Assembly (NCBI GenBank): GCA_951406725.2
Contig: OX597822.1
Coordinates: 20,522,001 to 20,586,000, forward strand
Reading direction: 5' to 3'
Origin: Octopus vulgaris
Taxonomy: Eukaryota
Length of the DNA: 64,000 nucleotides
The notes beneath the pieces were generated by a model, which was not told the DNA's origin, searched no databases, and saw only the letters and a program-made list of their open reading frames with translations. Within the stretch, counting starts at the first letter, position 1. Each line of letters opens with the position of its first letter. The translations under genes were made by a program, and so were the position numbers. Positions 41,565-54,394 of this stretch are shown one piece after another.

Positions 41565-41767
41565 TCATCGTGAACGACAACAAGAACTTGAACAAGAACA
41601 ACAATCACGATATGGAGAGGAATGTACTAACAGCAACCAAGTTCTGACCACTACCATAACAGTAAACATGTGCAACCACATCAAACACGAAGCACCAGAT
41701 TTACCTCCAGTTAGCTCACACCAACCAGCCCTTGTATTATCAGTACCACCACCTACGTCGACTATGC
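41565..41767 (-). CDS. Candidate terminal exon of a host gene encoding a GPI-signal/membrane-anchor-like C-terminus
   Basis: Acceptor TATCCTGCCATTCTTCCAG|GC (phase 1); xIVDVGGGTDNTRAGWCELTGGKSGASCLMWLHMFTVMVVVRTWLLLVHSS..CCSCSSSCCRSR*; followed by a trinucleotide-rich stretch with no recognised TE, resembling a 3'UTR. Confidence 0.3.
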
Positions 41768-43305
41768 CTGGAAGAATGGCAGGATAATCATGGCTGGGAC
41801 ATCTCTGACCATTGGACTGCTCAATCAAGTTTATGTTGAGAATAAGCAATGTTGCTGTCGTTAAAATGACGCAGATCTTTGGTTTCGTTTCTCTCGACCA
41901 CATACATAAAAGAAACCCATTGACGCATTTGTCATTTAAACAATTAAATGTTAGGTCCATCACCCTGTTGTATACTTTCAGTATTTCCTGTTACTTTCCT
42001 AGTCAAGCATTAAAAGTTGTCCTCTCACATAAAGTTATCTGATCTATAACTTTTTTATTGTCGCTATTCTAACTCTTTTCCTCCAAACTTGGCACTGAAC
42101 ATTATGAGCAATTCTTATGGAACATGCTCTTCCTCCATAAGGTTACCCATCACTCTTGCGCTACACTCCGGCATTACTTTACAAATCTCCTGTGTTGCTG
42201 ATAAACCATTTTCTCTCTTCGTGATATTTAGGAAAGAAGTTTGACTTTTGTGAAGGAGAGAAAGAAGAAAGCGACTGATTGGTACTCTCAGATAAAATGG
42301 ATTTGATTGAAAGACCTTTGTAGTTAAGACAAGTTGTGGAAAGAAGTCTAATATAGCCAATAGAGCAGATGATAATTCAATAACTATATGTTTAGAACGG
42401 GTGCAGTGAAACAGAGATTCAGCAATTAGAAATTATTGATAAATGGAAGCTTGCAACGTCGACGAACTGCTGTTTACAATCTCACAAATTCTCTTGTCAA
42501 TTCTGAATTTTAAACATCTTTGAAATAGAGACGTTTCCAGACAATCTCTAGACAATTCAGATTAACTTGAAATTACTCTCTCCGGCACACGAGCGGAATA
42601 TAGCAGAACGATGACCAAGTTACTCATTTACTGGTACCAACTTCTGAGTTGTAGTAATAATGAAGCACCGCCATAAAAGAGAACGTAAATTAATTGTGTA
42701 TCTATTTACTAACATGCGCATTGAAAGAAAGAATGGAATTAAGAAGCTAAAAGAACACTCTAAAGAATTGGTTGTTATCTTGCGTTGATCAGACAACGCA
42801 GACGAATGATAAAGAGCCATTAATCACAATGGACGATACAAATTTCTCGGTAGAATACGCAATTTAATTCTTTTGGTAGTAATTGAGAACAACAAACTAT
42901 AATTTAGTAATGTTCATGAATAAATAAATAAGGAAATAAATAAATAAATAGCGATTCTTTATTGTGGTGAGATAGATTGTCATAGCTTCAAGATAATGAT
43001 TGGATACTTTATATAGATTATCAATAATAAAGGATATTTTATGCCGTCCCTAGGTAACTGAACAGACTTATGTTGACCAATAGATAGAATATACCGTCTA
43101 CAGCCGATGACCAGATATAATGTAACTAAGTACATACTGGACTTAATATTGAAGATAAATAATGGATTCTTAATTTTTCCTTCGTGTGCTGAAATGAAGT
43201 TTGGGACTACGTACGATCTCCTGCCGTAGCATTTGTGCGAATACATATTAAAAACAAAATAATTTTAATATAAAATATTCAAAAATAAACGTAGCCGTGT
43301 CTGTG

Positions 43306-43393
<88 letters not shown>

Positions 43394-43599
43394 AAACACG
43401 CAAGCACACACACAAAAACATACACATACATACGCACCACATGCATACAGATTTATGCTAACATTTTATAATACAGAGCTGTCTTTTGTTATTCTTATTA
43501 TTTTTTGCAATAGTGACGCCGTCTCTAACTGACATTGATATGGTGTAATAGGAAAGAAATTTGGCAGCTATTTCTTGTTAACCAAATGACTCTGTACGG

Positions 43600-44350
43600 C
43601 AGTGTTTCTCCAACTATAGTTAATGCGGGAGACCTCTGGTGACAATTCGAATCATCCAGCATCCGATCCTTAAATCTTCTGTTGTAGTACTTAAAGACAG
43701 ACGAAGTTCAATTGATCAATTGGAATACCAAGTACACGTTGAAATAAAATGCACCCATTTGGGAAACACGGCCTATTTTTGGTTGTGGTCTTTCACCTGA
43801 GTGAAACTGTTGGTAAACTGTCTCATTGTTTTTCTTTTCTTTAAACAAATTTGATAGGTCCTAGTTGAAAACTACAGATGTATATATCAATGATAAAAGA
43901 TATTTTATGTGGTTTCTAGGTAACTGAACAAACTAAACTCGACCAACAGATAGACTATCTCGTCTACAGCGGGTGACCTGATTTAATGTAACCAAGTGCA
44001 TACTGATGATAAATAATGGATTCTTCAACTGGAAGCCGTCATCTAAATTTTCCTTCGGGCGCTGGAATGAGGTTTGGGACTATGTACCTTCTCCTACATT
44101 GAAACAAATTGCACCCATTTGGAAAACATGAGTGTAGACGCTTATTTTGGCTGAGTATCATTCACCTTGGTGAAACTGTTAGTAAACTGTCTCGGTGTTT
44201 TGTTTGAACAAATTTGATAGGTCCCAGTTGGGAAACACGGGTGTAGAGGCTCTTTGGGATGCGTGTCATTCACCCCCGAGAAAAACTGCTGATAAAACAG
44301 TCCCGAAGTTTTGTTTGATCAAATTTTAGTGCCCTATTTGAGAAGTGCGT
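43600..44350. mobile_element. hAT-like MITE with tandemly reiterated right end
   Basis: Left end CAGTGTTTCTCCAACT; right-end-like (A/T)(G/T)TTGG(G/A)AAACA recurs in ~110-120 bp units. Confidence 0.5.
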
Positions 44351-45107
44351 AGTGACTCTTTGGAGTGTGTTTCACTCAACTACGAGAGAAAAAATACTAA
44401 AATTTATTTAAACAAATAACCATCAAAGCTGAAAAGATTGCAATACTTTTACAACTTTTCTTCAGAAATAGAAATCGGTTCTCACCTTCCTCTCCTTGTA
44501 TTCTCATATTCCCGATTTTCTTTAACTTAATCTCATTGTTAACTTCTTTCTCTGTTCATGCAACGGATGTTTGTTTGTTTGCGTATTTCTTAAATAAATG
44601 TTCATCTTCTATTTTTATCTTTTCACTCTATAATTTAAAGCTGTTTTAAGCCATTGAAATTGTTCTAACTCTTCTATATTCTAAGTATTTCTCATTTCTT
44701 TTTCTGCCATTAAGACTTTAAAACATCATCATTAACAACAGCATCACTTCCAACACTACCACCAGCGCAAGCAACACTACTAATAACCATAGCAACAAGA
44801 ACAACAGCAAAAACAAGAACAATAACGACTAAAGCAAAATCTCTGCTTAAACTATGAAAGACATGAGGAAAAAGTTTTAGTACCGATTTACACTTCGTTT
44901 ATGTGCAAATACCCCGCCCCCCACAACTAATGTGTATGACAGAGAAAGCGAGAGAGAAATGTATGCATGCAAGTGTAAAGTGTGTTAAACATATGAAATA
45001 CTACACAATAATGCATACATATGCAAAGCATGCGTCAATAGAAAAAGAAGTGTGGGATATATGTATATTTACAAATGTATATATACACATATAAAAATAT
45101 ATATAAA

Positions 45108-45371
45108 ATGTCGCTAGAAACTGGTATCACCAAGCGTAGATTGGTATATTTCGGTCATATTATGCGGAGAGAATCCCTGGAGAAGGACATCATGCTCGGA
45201 ATGGTCAGTGGCAAGGGAGGAAGAGGCCGACCAAGAACCCGCTGGCTTGACACCATCAGGAGTGATACCGGAATGGACATGGCCCGTCTGAAGGAAGCGG
45301 TCCAGGATAGAACTGACTGGAAGACACTGATCCAACGAGTGACCGAGAGTCGACTTCGACTAAGCAGGTAG
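45108..45371 (+). mobile_element. RTE (BovB-like) LINE 3' end, 5'-truncated, reading frame open
   Basis: LVYFGHIMRRESLEKDIMLGMVSGKGGRGRPRTRWLD..LKEAVQDRTDW..VTESRLRL*, followed by (TA)n. Confidence 0.85.
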
Positions 45372-45476
45372 ATATATATATATATATATATCATCAGAAA
45401 ATGGAGAAAACTTTTGGTCAACAAACAAAATTGGACCTCATCTGTAGATTATTTTTTCATACAAAACGTGACGTAA

Positions 45477-45598
45477 CATTTCTTACGGGCGTTTCCGCTT
45501 CCACTGCCAGTCGGTGCTTACGAAAGAATTCCGAAAATAATATTCGTCATCTTCATAGGACATTCGATCTAGTTCATGGAGCTTCATCAGAGAGAATA
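45477..45598 (-). ncRNA. Type I hammerhead motif with long stem II insertion, in a pLTR-like unit ~45391-45960
   Basis: AUUCUCU-CUGAUGA-A-GCUCCAU...GUGGAAGC-G-GAAAC-GCCC-GUA-AGAAAU. Confidence 0.65.
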
Positions 45599-45999
45599 CA
45601 AATGCATAAAATAAAATAAACGAAGGGAAGAACATGGCCTCGAGAAGAGGCCAGGAAGCTTAGTATATTAAAATCATACCATCTTCAAGCGTGGAGCTTT
45701 GAAGTCGATAGGCAAAAGAGTGATCTAGCAGAGGTCTAGGGTAATATTTACGGGTTATTTCTATATAAAGGGGGAAGAAGGATGTTTGAAAAGTAGTGAA
45801 AAAAGTTACCACTAAGACAAGACAAGAAATGACCAATATGTCTAGAAAGAGAATAGCACTTACGTTATCGTACATAGGGCTAGTTAATAGTTATCTAAAA
45901 ATAAAACCGGTTCTTATATAGGGTTCTTATAATGGTGTACTTACTGAAATATTGTAGAAACCATCTATCTATCTGTATGTCTGTCTGTCTATCTATCTG

Positions 46000-46044
<45 letters not shown>

Positions 46045-46254
46045 ATATCTATCTATCTTTGCTGCCCCAACATGGACATAATCTTTGGGCTGAAATGCAT
46101 AAAAGAATAAAATAAAGAATATATAAATATATATCTAAGTATGTGTATGTGTGTATATACATAGAAGCATACAAACATACATACATACATACATACATCC
46201 ATCCATACATACATACATACATCCATACATACATACATATACACGCACGTATTT

Positions 46255-46304
<50 letters not shown>

Positions 46305-46308
<4 letters not shown>

Positions 46309-46686
46309 GCAGGTGTGGCTGTGTGGTAAGAAACTTGCTTTCCAACCACATGGTTCAGGATTCAGTCCGACAGCGTGGCACTTTCGGTAAGTGCCTCGGG
46401 CCGACCGAAATCTTGTGACTTGATTTGGTAGACGGAAACTGAAAGAAAGCTGTACATATTTATGTGCGTGTTTCTGTGCTTTCTCCCTCCCGCCATCGCT
46501 TGACAACCGTAGCTGGTGTGTTCATGTCCCCGTAGTTTTGCGGTTCGACACAAGAGTCCGATAGAGTATGTACTAGGCTTACAAAGAATAAGTCCTGAAG
46601 TAGATTACTTCGATTAAAACCCTTTAAGGCGGTGCTCCAGTATGGTCGCAGTAAAATGACGGAAACTAGTCAAGGAATAAAAGAAT
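46305..46686 (+). mobile_element. SINE family B, near full length
   Basis: Colinear with 35424-35830. Confidence 0.8.
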
Positions 46687-46687
46687 G

Positions 46688-46789
<102 letters not shown>

Positions 46790-46930
46790 TACATACATAT
46801 ATATATATACATTTATATATATACATACATATATACACACAAGTGAGTGGACAAACGAAAGAAGTGCATTCAATAAATTTATATGAATCGAACTGTTTGG
46901 ATCCATATATGTATAGATATAGATACATCC

Positions 46931-47001
<71 letters not shown>

Positions 47002-47469
47002 CATACATTTCAAAATGGATGAAGACATTTAATTTAATATATATATATATACGCACAATAAATATACATATGTACATATATATTTGTGCATGTGTGTATG
47101 TGTGGGGAGGCATGAATGATGACATTCTTAACTGAATCTAACAGAGCCCAGGAGAAGAAGTGTTACCTTAAAAATATTACAGCCGAAGTTGGAATTCAAA
47201 CAAAATAATAACTTGTTTCAGTTTTATTGATATACAAAAACATGTATCATCTTTAGTCTCAAACATGCAGGATTATAAAAATTCTAATCAGAACCTCCTA
47301 TATTTGCTTGCTATAATTAAAAATGTGGCGAATGACGTTTCGAAATCAAACATTGTCATGTAATTTCCTTTCATGTTTAATCGACCATGGTTGAGCTGAC
47401 AATTAGAGATACAGATATATGTGACCATCTAAGAGGGTACTTTTTAATTTGTCAATGAATAATTCTACC

Positions 47470-47622
47470 CCTTAGCACAAGGCCAGCACTTATTTCATCA
47501 TTCTCGAAAGGATAAAAGGCAGAATCGAACTTGGCGGCATTTGAACTCAAATCGTAAATCCAGGCGAAAGGCTGCTAAGCATTTTGTCCAGCTTTGTAAC
47601 GGTCTGCCAATTCGCCCGTCTT
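47470..47622 (-). mobile_element. SINE family A, diverged
   Basis: Reverse complement of head, B-box and central block. Confidence 0.6.
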
Positions 47623-48332
47623 AGATTACGAGGTAAAAATATTGCATTTGAGCACTTATTTTTATCATAACATTTTTAGCTAGTCAATTTTCTGTATATT
47701 TCAAAATGTAGTTTCCCTTTGCAATACATTTAACCGCATTTAATTTGGTCAAGAATCGAAATAGCTTGAGAGTGTTGAAGTGATAGAGAAAAGCTAACTG
47801 TTGACCTTAAGAATATTAGTCATCTTCAGTGAGGGAACCATATAAACTCAAAAGTTTCTTCCTTATGTTTCCATATGTGTTGCAGTGGAATCGAGTGGAT
47901 GACCAGATGCGTGGAAGTTCTTAAGGGTCAATGATGTTGTTAAAACAGATGACAAATTAAGGCTCTTACACAAGACCTACCTTATATCAGAATTGCACAC
48001 AGTTTCCGTCTAACAAATTTCAATCATAAGATTTTAGTGACCTGATGCTGAGGTAGAATTTATTTGCACAAAGGGCCACGTAGTTGGATTCATTCTAAAT
48101 CCACGTAGTTGCGATGCGATCTTTTCAACTATGAATGCCTTAACTACACAGCCATGCCTGTTCTTATTAATTTCCTCTAAGCTTAACATATCTTGACTGT
48201 TTAACTAGTTTCTTTAACTAGTTTCTTGCACTGTTTATCCCGTGTTGGGTAAGGAGTAACAGCAAACGATAAATAAATCATTTGCATATATGGAGAGAGA
48301 TGGGAAGGGAATAGAGAGAAAAAGAGACACAA

Positions 48333-48375
<43 letters not shown>

Positions 48376-48729
48376 CTTACGATAAATTATTAAACTGACA
48401 AACTATCAATTTCATGCATATTTGAATTAAATAGCCAAGCAACAAAAATTTGTAATTCATGTTTCATTCTTCATTTTATTCGATCAGAGCTACAAGACAG
48501 CAAGAAACGGTACATTAAGTATCTATCTCACTTTCTTATGCTACTTAATGACAATTCATTAGGTTTTAAGTTCAAATCATGCCATAGTATCCGTTTAATT
48601 TCATTCTTTTGAGAAATCAAGTATCCATGTTGATTAAATCAATTATACCGTTTCCTTAAAAGTTTCGGTCCTGAACCAATGTTAGAAGCACTGTTTACTA
48701 TCATCAGCGCATCATTCGTATATATAGAA

Positions 48730-49075
48730 AACATTTTGATGCGAGTACGCATTCCCCTTTAAGAACTATTTGGTTAGAAATGCATCAATCCTCCTACGGA
48801 TCTGAAAACTCTTACTGCAGATCGAAGCAAATGGCGAACCTTCTGCCATCAAGCTTGTGAAACGGCCGAAAAAAGATGCTGTCAGTGGTTCAAGGAGTAT
48901 CCAGTGAGGAATGCTGCGGCTGCTACTAGATCGCCTCCAACAGCCAGGTCATTGCTTCCTTATCCGACCAGCTGAAAGCTTTACCGCTCAGGTTTTGGTT
49001 TCCGCTTACATCAGCGTGTGCACCAACTGCGTTCATTATCAGCTTGGAGGGATGTCATCGCCATCAGTGCACCAA
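48730..49075 (+). mobile_element. Degraded RTE 3' fragment
   Basis: TLTADRSKWRTFCHQAC..YRSGFGFRLHQRVH, resembling an RTE C-terminal zinc-finger remnant. Confidence 0.55.
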
Positions 49076-49325
49076 CAAAGCGCGAGAGTATACACAGGTA
49101 TTATACATCAAGTGATAGGCCCCATGAACGAAACTTTTGGACATTTTGTCACTTCTGCGATTAGAAACAGACATATATATATATATGATTATACTTGGGG
49201 ATGATTATCATTTGCCAGTTAAACACACGCACTATTTATATCTTCAGTTTAGCTTTATTATCATTCATATCTGATCATAGATTTTGAGGATCCGTTTGAC
49301 TCTGTTCCACTTGTTACACACACAC

Positions 49326-49358
<33 letters not shown>

Positions 49359-49370
49359 CATACATATATG

Positions 49371-49417
<47 letters not shown>

Positions 49418-49431
49418 ATATATATATATAT

Positions 49432-49527
49432 ATAGATAAAGTTGGATAAGGCTGGATTGAGATAACCCTGGGTTTCAAGTCCATATCTATCTATCTATCT
49501 ATCTGTCTATATCTATCTATCTGTATG

Positions 49528-49571
<44 letters not shown>

Positions 49572-49669
49572 TATATATAGATAGATAGAGATAGACAGAT
49601 AGATAGATAGATAGATATGGACTTGAAACCAGGGTTATCTCAATCCAGCCTTATCCAACTTTATCTATA
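49432..49669. repeat. ~70 bp inverted repeat enclosing a microsatellite
   Basis: GATAAAGTTGGATAAGGCTGGATTGAGATAACCCTGGGTTTCAAGTCCATATCTATC at 49435 and its reverse complement ending near 49666; one indel. Confidence 0.9.
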
Positions 49670-49724
49670 CACACACACACACACATATATATACACGTAT
49701 ATATGTATATATATATATATTATG

Positions 49725-49778
<54 letters not shown>

Positions 49779-49809
49779 CTATATGTATATATGTATATAT
49801 ATGTATGTT

Positions 49810-49851
<42 letters not shown>

Positions 49852-50504
49852 TTGTTCTGCATACATTCAGCTAGAAATAAACATTTTTGAAATACATAAA
49901 AGCAACATTTACTGACTCATTTCATATATGGAGTCTGATAATTTATTATTATATTATTGATTCGCCTGCTAGATAGCTTAATCAAGCAGTTTGAATAAAA
50001 CGCATATTCGGGAAGTCTTCGAAGTTACTAACAATAAAATTAATACAAATATTATTTGCGCATATATATGTTTGTGTGCATACGTGCATGCGTGTGTGTG
50101 TGAATGTATCTCACTTTGTGCATAAAAGTCGTCATTTTAGTTATTGCTTTCATTTATAAATTTTTATTTCTTGTATTTCACTCTCAGCTTGTTCATATGC
50201 ATTTATACACTCATACACACATACACACACAGACACGCACATAAATACGTATACTTGCATGCACATATGTATATGTATAAGTATGTTTTACATATATATA
50301 TATATATGTATATATATATATGTATGTATATATATATGTATATATGTATATAATGTTATATATGTACCTATATTTATATTGGGATATATATATATATTTA
50401 CGAATATATAAATATATACAGTTTATATATAGATATTTTGTATATATTATATTAATATAAGAATATGTTTTTTATTATTATTACTAAATAAATAAATCTA
50501 TCCG

Positions 50505-50545
<41 letters not shown>

Positions 50546-53385
50546 ATATATATACACACATTTATAAATATAGTGTGGTGTGTGTGTGCGCGCATGCGTG
50601 CCTGAGTGCGACATGTTTCTGCACAGTTAGCGTGAAGAAAATTCCATTCACTCTATATTGGTCTCTGTCCTATATTATTTGCAACACAACCATGTTGCCC
50701 ACCTATTCTTTCGATGATATTTGTATTTTAAGAGAGCTCTGAATGCCATTTACTCAATGGGTATTTAATATTTCTACGAAGAACCAAGATTGGATATGCA
50801 ATAAAATATAAAAATTGGCTGCAGTTTCAGATATATTTCATTTGATAAGTTCAACACTTGGCTACTAAATACCATAAAAAAGTTTTTATGCCAGGAAAAT
50901 CAAAAAAATTCATCTAATAATTTGTTTCTTTTCTCTATGAATCAAGAACTTATCTGCAGGAATATTTTTGTCTCTTTCTCTCGCTGCTGTTTGGAAATTT
51001 AATAGAGATTTCGTTTTTTTTAATTTTTTTTTATTTTTTTATTTTTTGTCGTGAGCCCCAAATTTGTCTAGACTAAGCATACCTATGATAATCGACATTC
51101 AATCTGTAACCATATCTTCTTTTTCACGCGTAATGCATACGTAGAATTACGTTATCTAACTACATTGTCCTCCGTTTTCCAGATGATTTGATGTAATCAC
51201 AGAAAGATTGGGTACTATTTCTAGTGGGTCGAGTGACCCTTCATTGAGGGACCCTCGTTGTCTCACAAACAAATTCTTGTCGTTTAACTCTGAATGTCAA
51301 CCGTGCAGTCCGGCTCTCGATCATAATTTGTTAATATTTGATATTGGTGAAAGTTTCAAATATTTTTGATTAAATATTTTGTTTCCTTAACGGGACGTAA
51401 TGCTTTGATTGGTTCTTGAGTTTTATTCTGGTCTCCGTTTCCCAGTTGGGATTCATTCTTCGATACATTGATTCTCTCCTTAAGTGGTTATGTAAAGTAT
51501 CATATACTTTTGGTGACTGCGCTTCCTTTTATATAATGGGAAATATCTCTACGCTAGTTTTGGTATATAATTTTGCTGAATTCCGAGAACACTGCCTAAT
51601 ACCATGAGGTTTCAATTCTTGATTTGTAGGTTGAGACTGCTGTAATTTGATCTTCTGTAAATATCTTAATTGGTCGGCAAATGTTACATATCTTCCCGAG
51701 GCAAATATGTCGTTTAAGTTAATTATATACGTAAACTTCTCTTAACGAGATGGTGCTTTTATAGAGTCAGTTTTCTCGCTCTACAGCTGGAGAGAATTTC
51801 TTGTAATGCAATTTGATTTTTGAACATAGATGTAATATGAAATCGAACGTTCCCTTATGATTTTCAGAAACCGAATTTTGAAGCCTCATTTCAAAATATT
51901 TAATATACAGTCAATATTAAATTTTTAATTATATCTAACCTTCTTCTATTGGTTTGAGAAAAATATCTGATTACATTTCTCAAACGAACGTAGTTGGAAA
52001 GGAACGAGAGAAAGGAAGGAAAATGATATACAATATCGTCTTGGAAAGGCAATAATCTAGTTACCGTTCTTGTAATTAAGTTTCTTTTAATGGAATTCAA
52101 AAATATTACGGTTTGTAATTACACGAAACTCTGTAAAAGGTATCCAAACACTTTCAAGTCGTCAACGAAAGAAGAAACAGCTGGGACACACATTTTGGAT
52201 ATGTTAATAGTAAATCAAGATGGGTCTTTTGGTTCTGTATGCCCTTGAATATAACATGAAACTAAAACTTGTATAGCTTTCTTTGGAGTAAAATTGGTCG
52301 TTCTTGAACACAAACTTGAAAGCTCTTGCTTAATTTGATCTCTCCTTGCAGATGAATACTTGTCCAATGAGTTGACAAACTTCGATTTACTGAGATTGCC
52401 CAATCAATGAGGAAGCGTAAGAATGTAAAGAAGGCGTAATTTGTCATACAGAGCGACCCTCAGAGATATTTTCCTTCAGTCATATTTTTGATATTCATAA
52501 TCAGCCTCTCATCTTCTGTAAATGTTGATGGGTAAACTATGCTTCACTGAGGACGTCTAACGAGATCGAAACGTTTTACTTTCACCAGCCTCCTTTAAAA
52601 ATGTGATCTACTCTTAATGGTATTGCCTTTGCATTTAAAAAAAATAGATTAATCGTTCTTATTTGAATTATTCTCCTTTTATTGTTACTGCTAGACAGAT
52701 ACCAGATAATGACATCACTAACGGGGAACAAGGTCTCAAAGTTATAGGAGGGTATGATACTCAGGTATCTCTGAAATACATCGGTGCCATTAAATGGCGG
52801 CAACTAGGAAGTGAAATCGGGCCATGTACTCGATTCATAGAATGTTTACCTTTTATTTTCTGGCACTTACTACGATTAATATCCAATATTTAACAAGCAT
52901 AATGAAAATTAATTGTTGAAGGCAGTAATTAGAGACAGATTCAGTAATATAATTTCATATTCAATTATACACGTACGTATATATACATACATAGATACGT
53001 AGACACATATATACACACACATATATGTATATATGCATGTATGTATGTACTCACATAGAATTCTCTTGGCAATTTGCAGCTTTTGATTCCAGCCCTTCTT
53101 GTCTAAAGACGATTAATCATCTACTGTATGGCAAGACAAGTCACCGAAGGGGGCCCTACACAGTCGCTCTATCCGATAGAAATATCAACCAAACTACCTT
53201 ATCATCTCCCCACAAAATAAGGGCTCATTAAACAATGTAGGCATAGATCTACAAATATATAATGCAAAACGACGAATCCGTTTGAGCTAAATTCGGTTTA
53301 TATCATATATCAACCTTATTCAATTTCCAGTTGAAATGCAACTATATGCAGTTCACGTTGTATGTAGAATCATACATGGTTGCTC

Positions 53386-53487
<102 letters not shown>

Positions 53488-53826
53488 CATGCACATATAT
53501 ACACACACATTTCCTCCCTTATTTTATTTTAATTTTTATTTTGACCTCTTCAGAGTCATAAAAGGTATAATATATGACCTACCTACCCGCCGACACACAT
53601 TTAGTGGCGCTGGAGTAGACCCTCCCCAGGGTGCTAGCAGGCCTAAATGAAATCCATTTACCGCCCCTCTCCCTTCCTTTCTATCTCTTTTCCCACGGAT
53701 ACGAACGCAAACGCTCACACACACACACTCACACGCACACTCATACACATACACAAACACACATGTTCTCTCGCTCATTTCCTTCTCATCCACTCATACT
53801 TATGTATGTATCTCTCTCTACACAAG

Positions 53827-53869
<43 letters not shown>

Positions 53870-54394
53870 TCATGTTTTTTCTGTTATTAGTTAGAGAGAA
53901 TTACAATTGGAAATCTTGAATTTTGATGGACTCCATTCTGTATTCATTTCTCCGTTTTATATTTAAGAATTTCTAACAAATGCTTTTTATTTGTGGCAGG
54001 ATTCGTAGCACCTATAAAAGTTTTAGACCTTCCAGCGTTTAAGTTATTAACAAGGCATCTCGAACTCCTGTTGGTACTAATTCATAAAAAATAAAATCTT
54101 GGGTGGCGAGAGAAATTCATAGAGCTGCAGTTTTTGATATTTTTCTATTAAAGCAGAAGTTGAACATTTTAAACTTTAGATTTGCTATTAGATTGAAGTA
54201 CAGTTGGGCGGAGATAGGGAAAACATACCAGATGGATTTAATCATTTGAACCATCCAGTACGCTTTATGAGCATCTTTGGTGCTGTGACTCAGTGTAACA
54301 ACAGATGTGTTACGCTTTTCTTGATGATTGTCAATGCTGTGCACCCGATTGTCACCTGTTTAAACGCAATTTGTGCCTTGATATACTGGAAACT

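Noticed and set aside
43740-44350. Recurring short motif with spacers, superficially CRISPR-like
   Set aside because: Spacers are homologous to each other, repeats are degenerate, there are no cas genes and the context is eukaryotic
47330-47835. Isolated hammerhead words (GACGTTTCG at 47335, TCTTCAG at 47823)
   Set aside because: Partner core strand or stems are missing
50810-50920. GAAACTGCAGCC on the minus strand, a possible old hammerhead
   Set aside because: No intact CUGANGA and the cleavage triplet is lost
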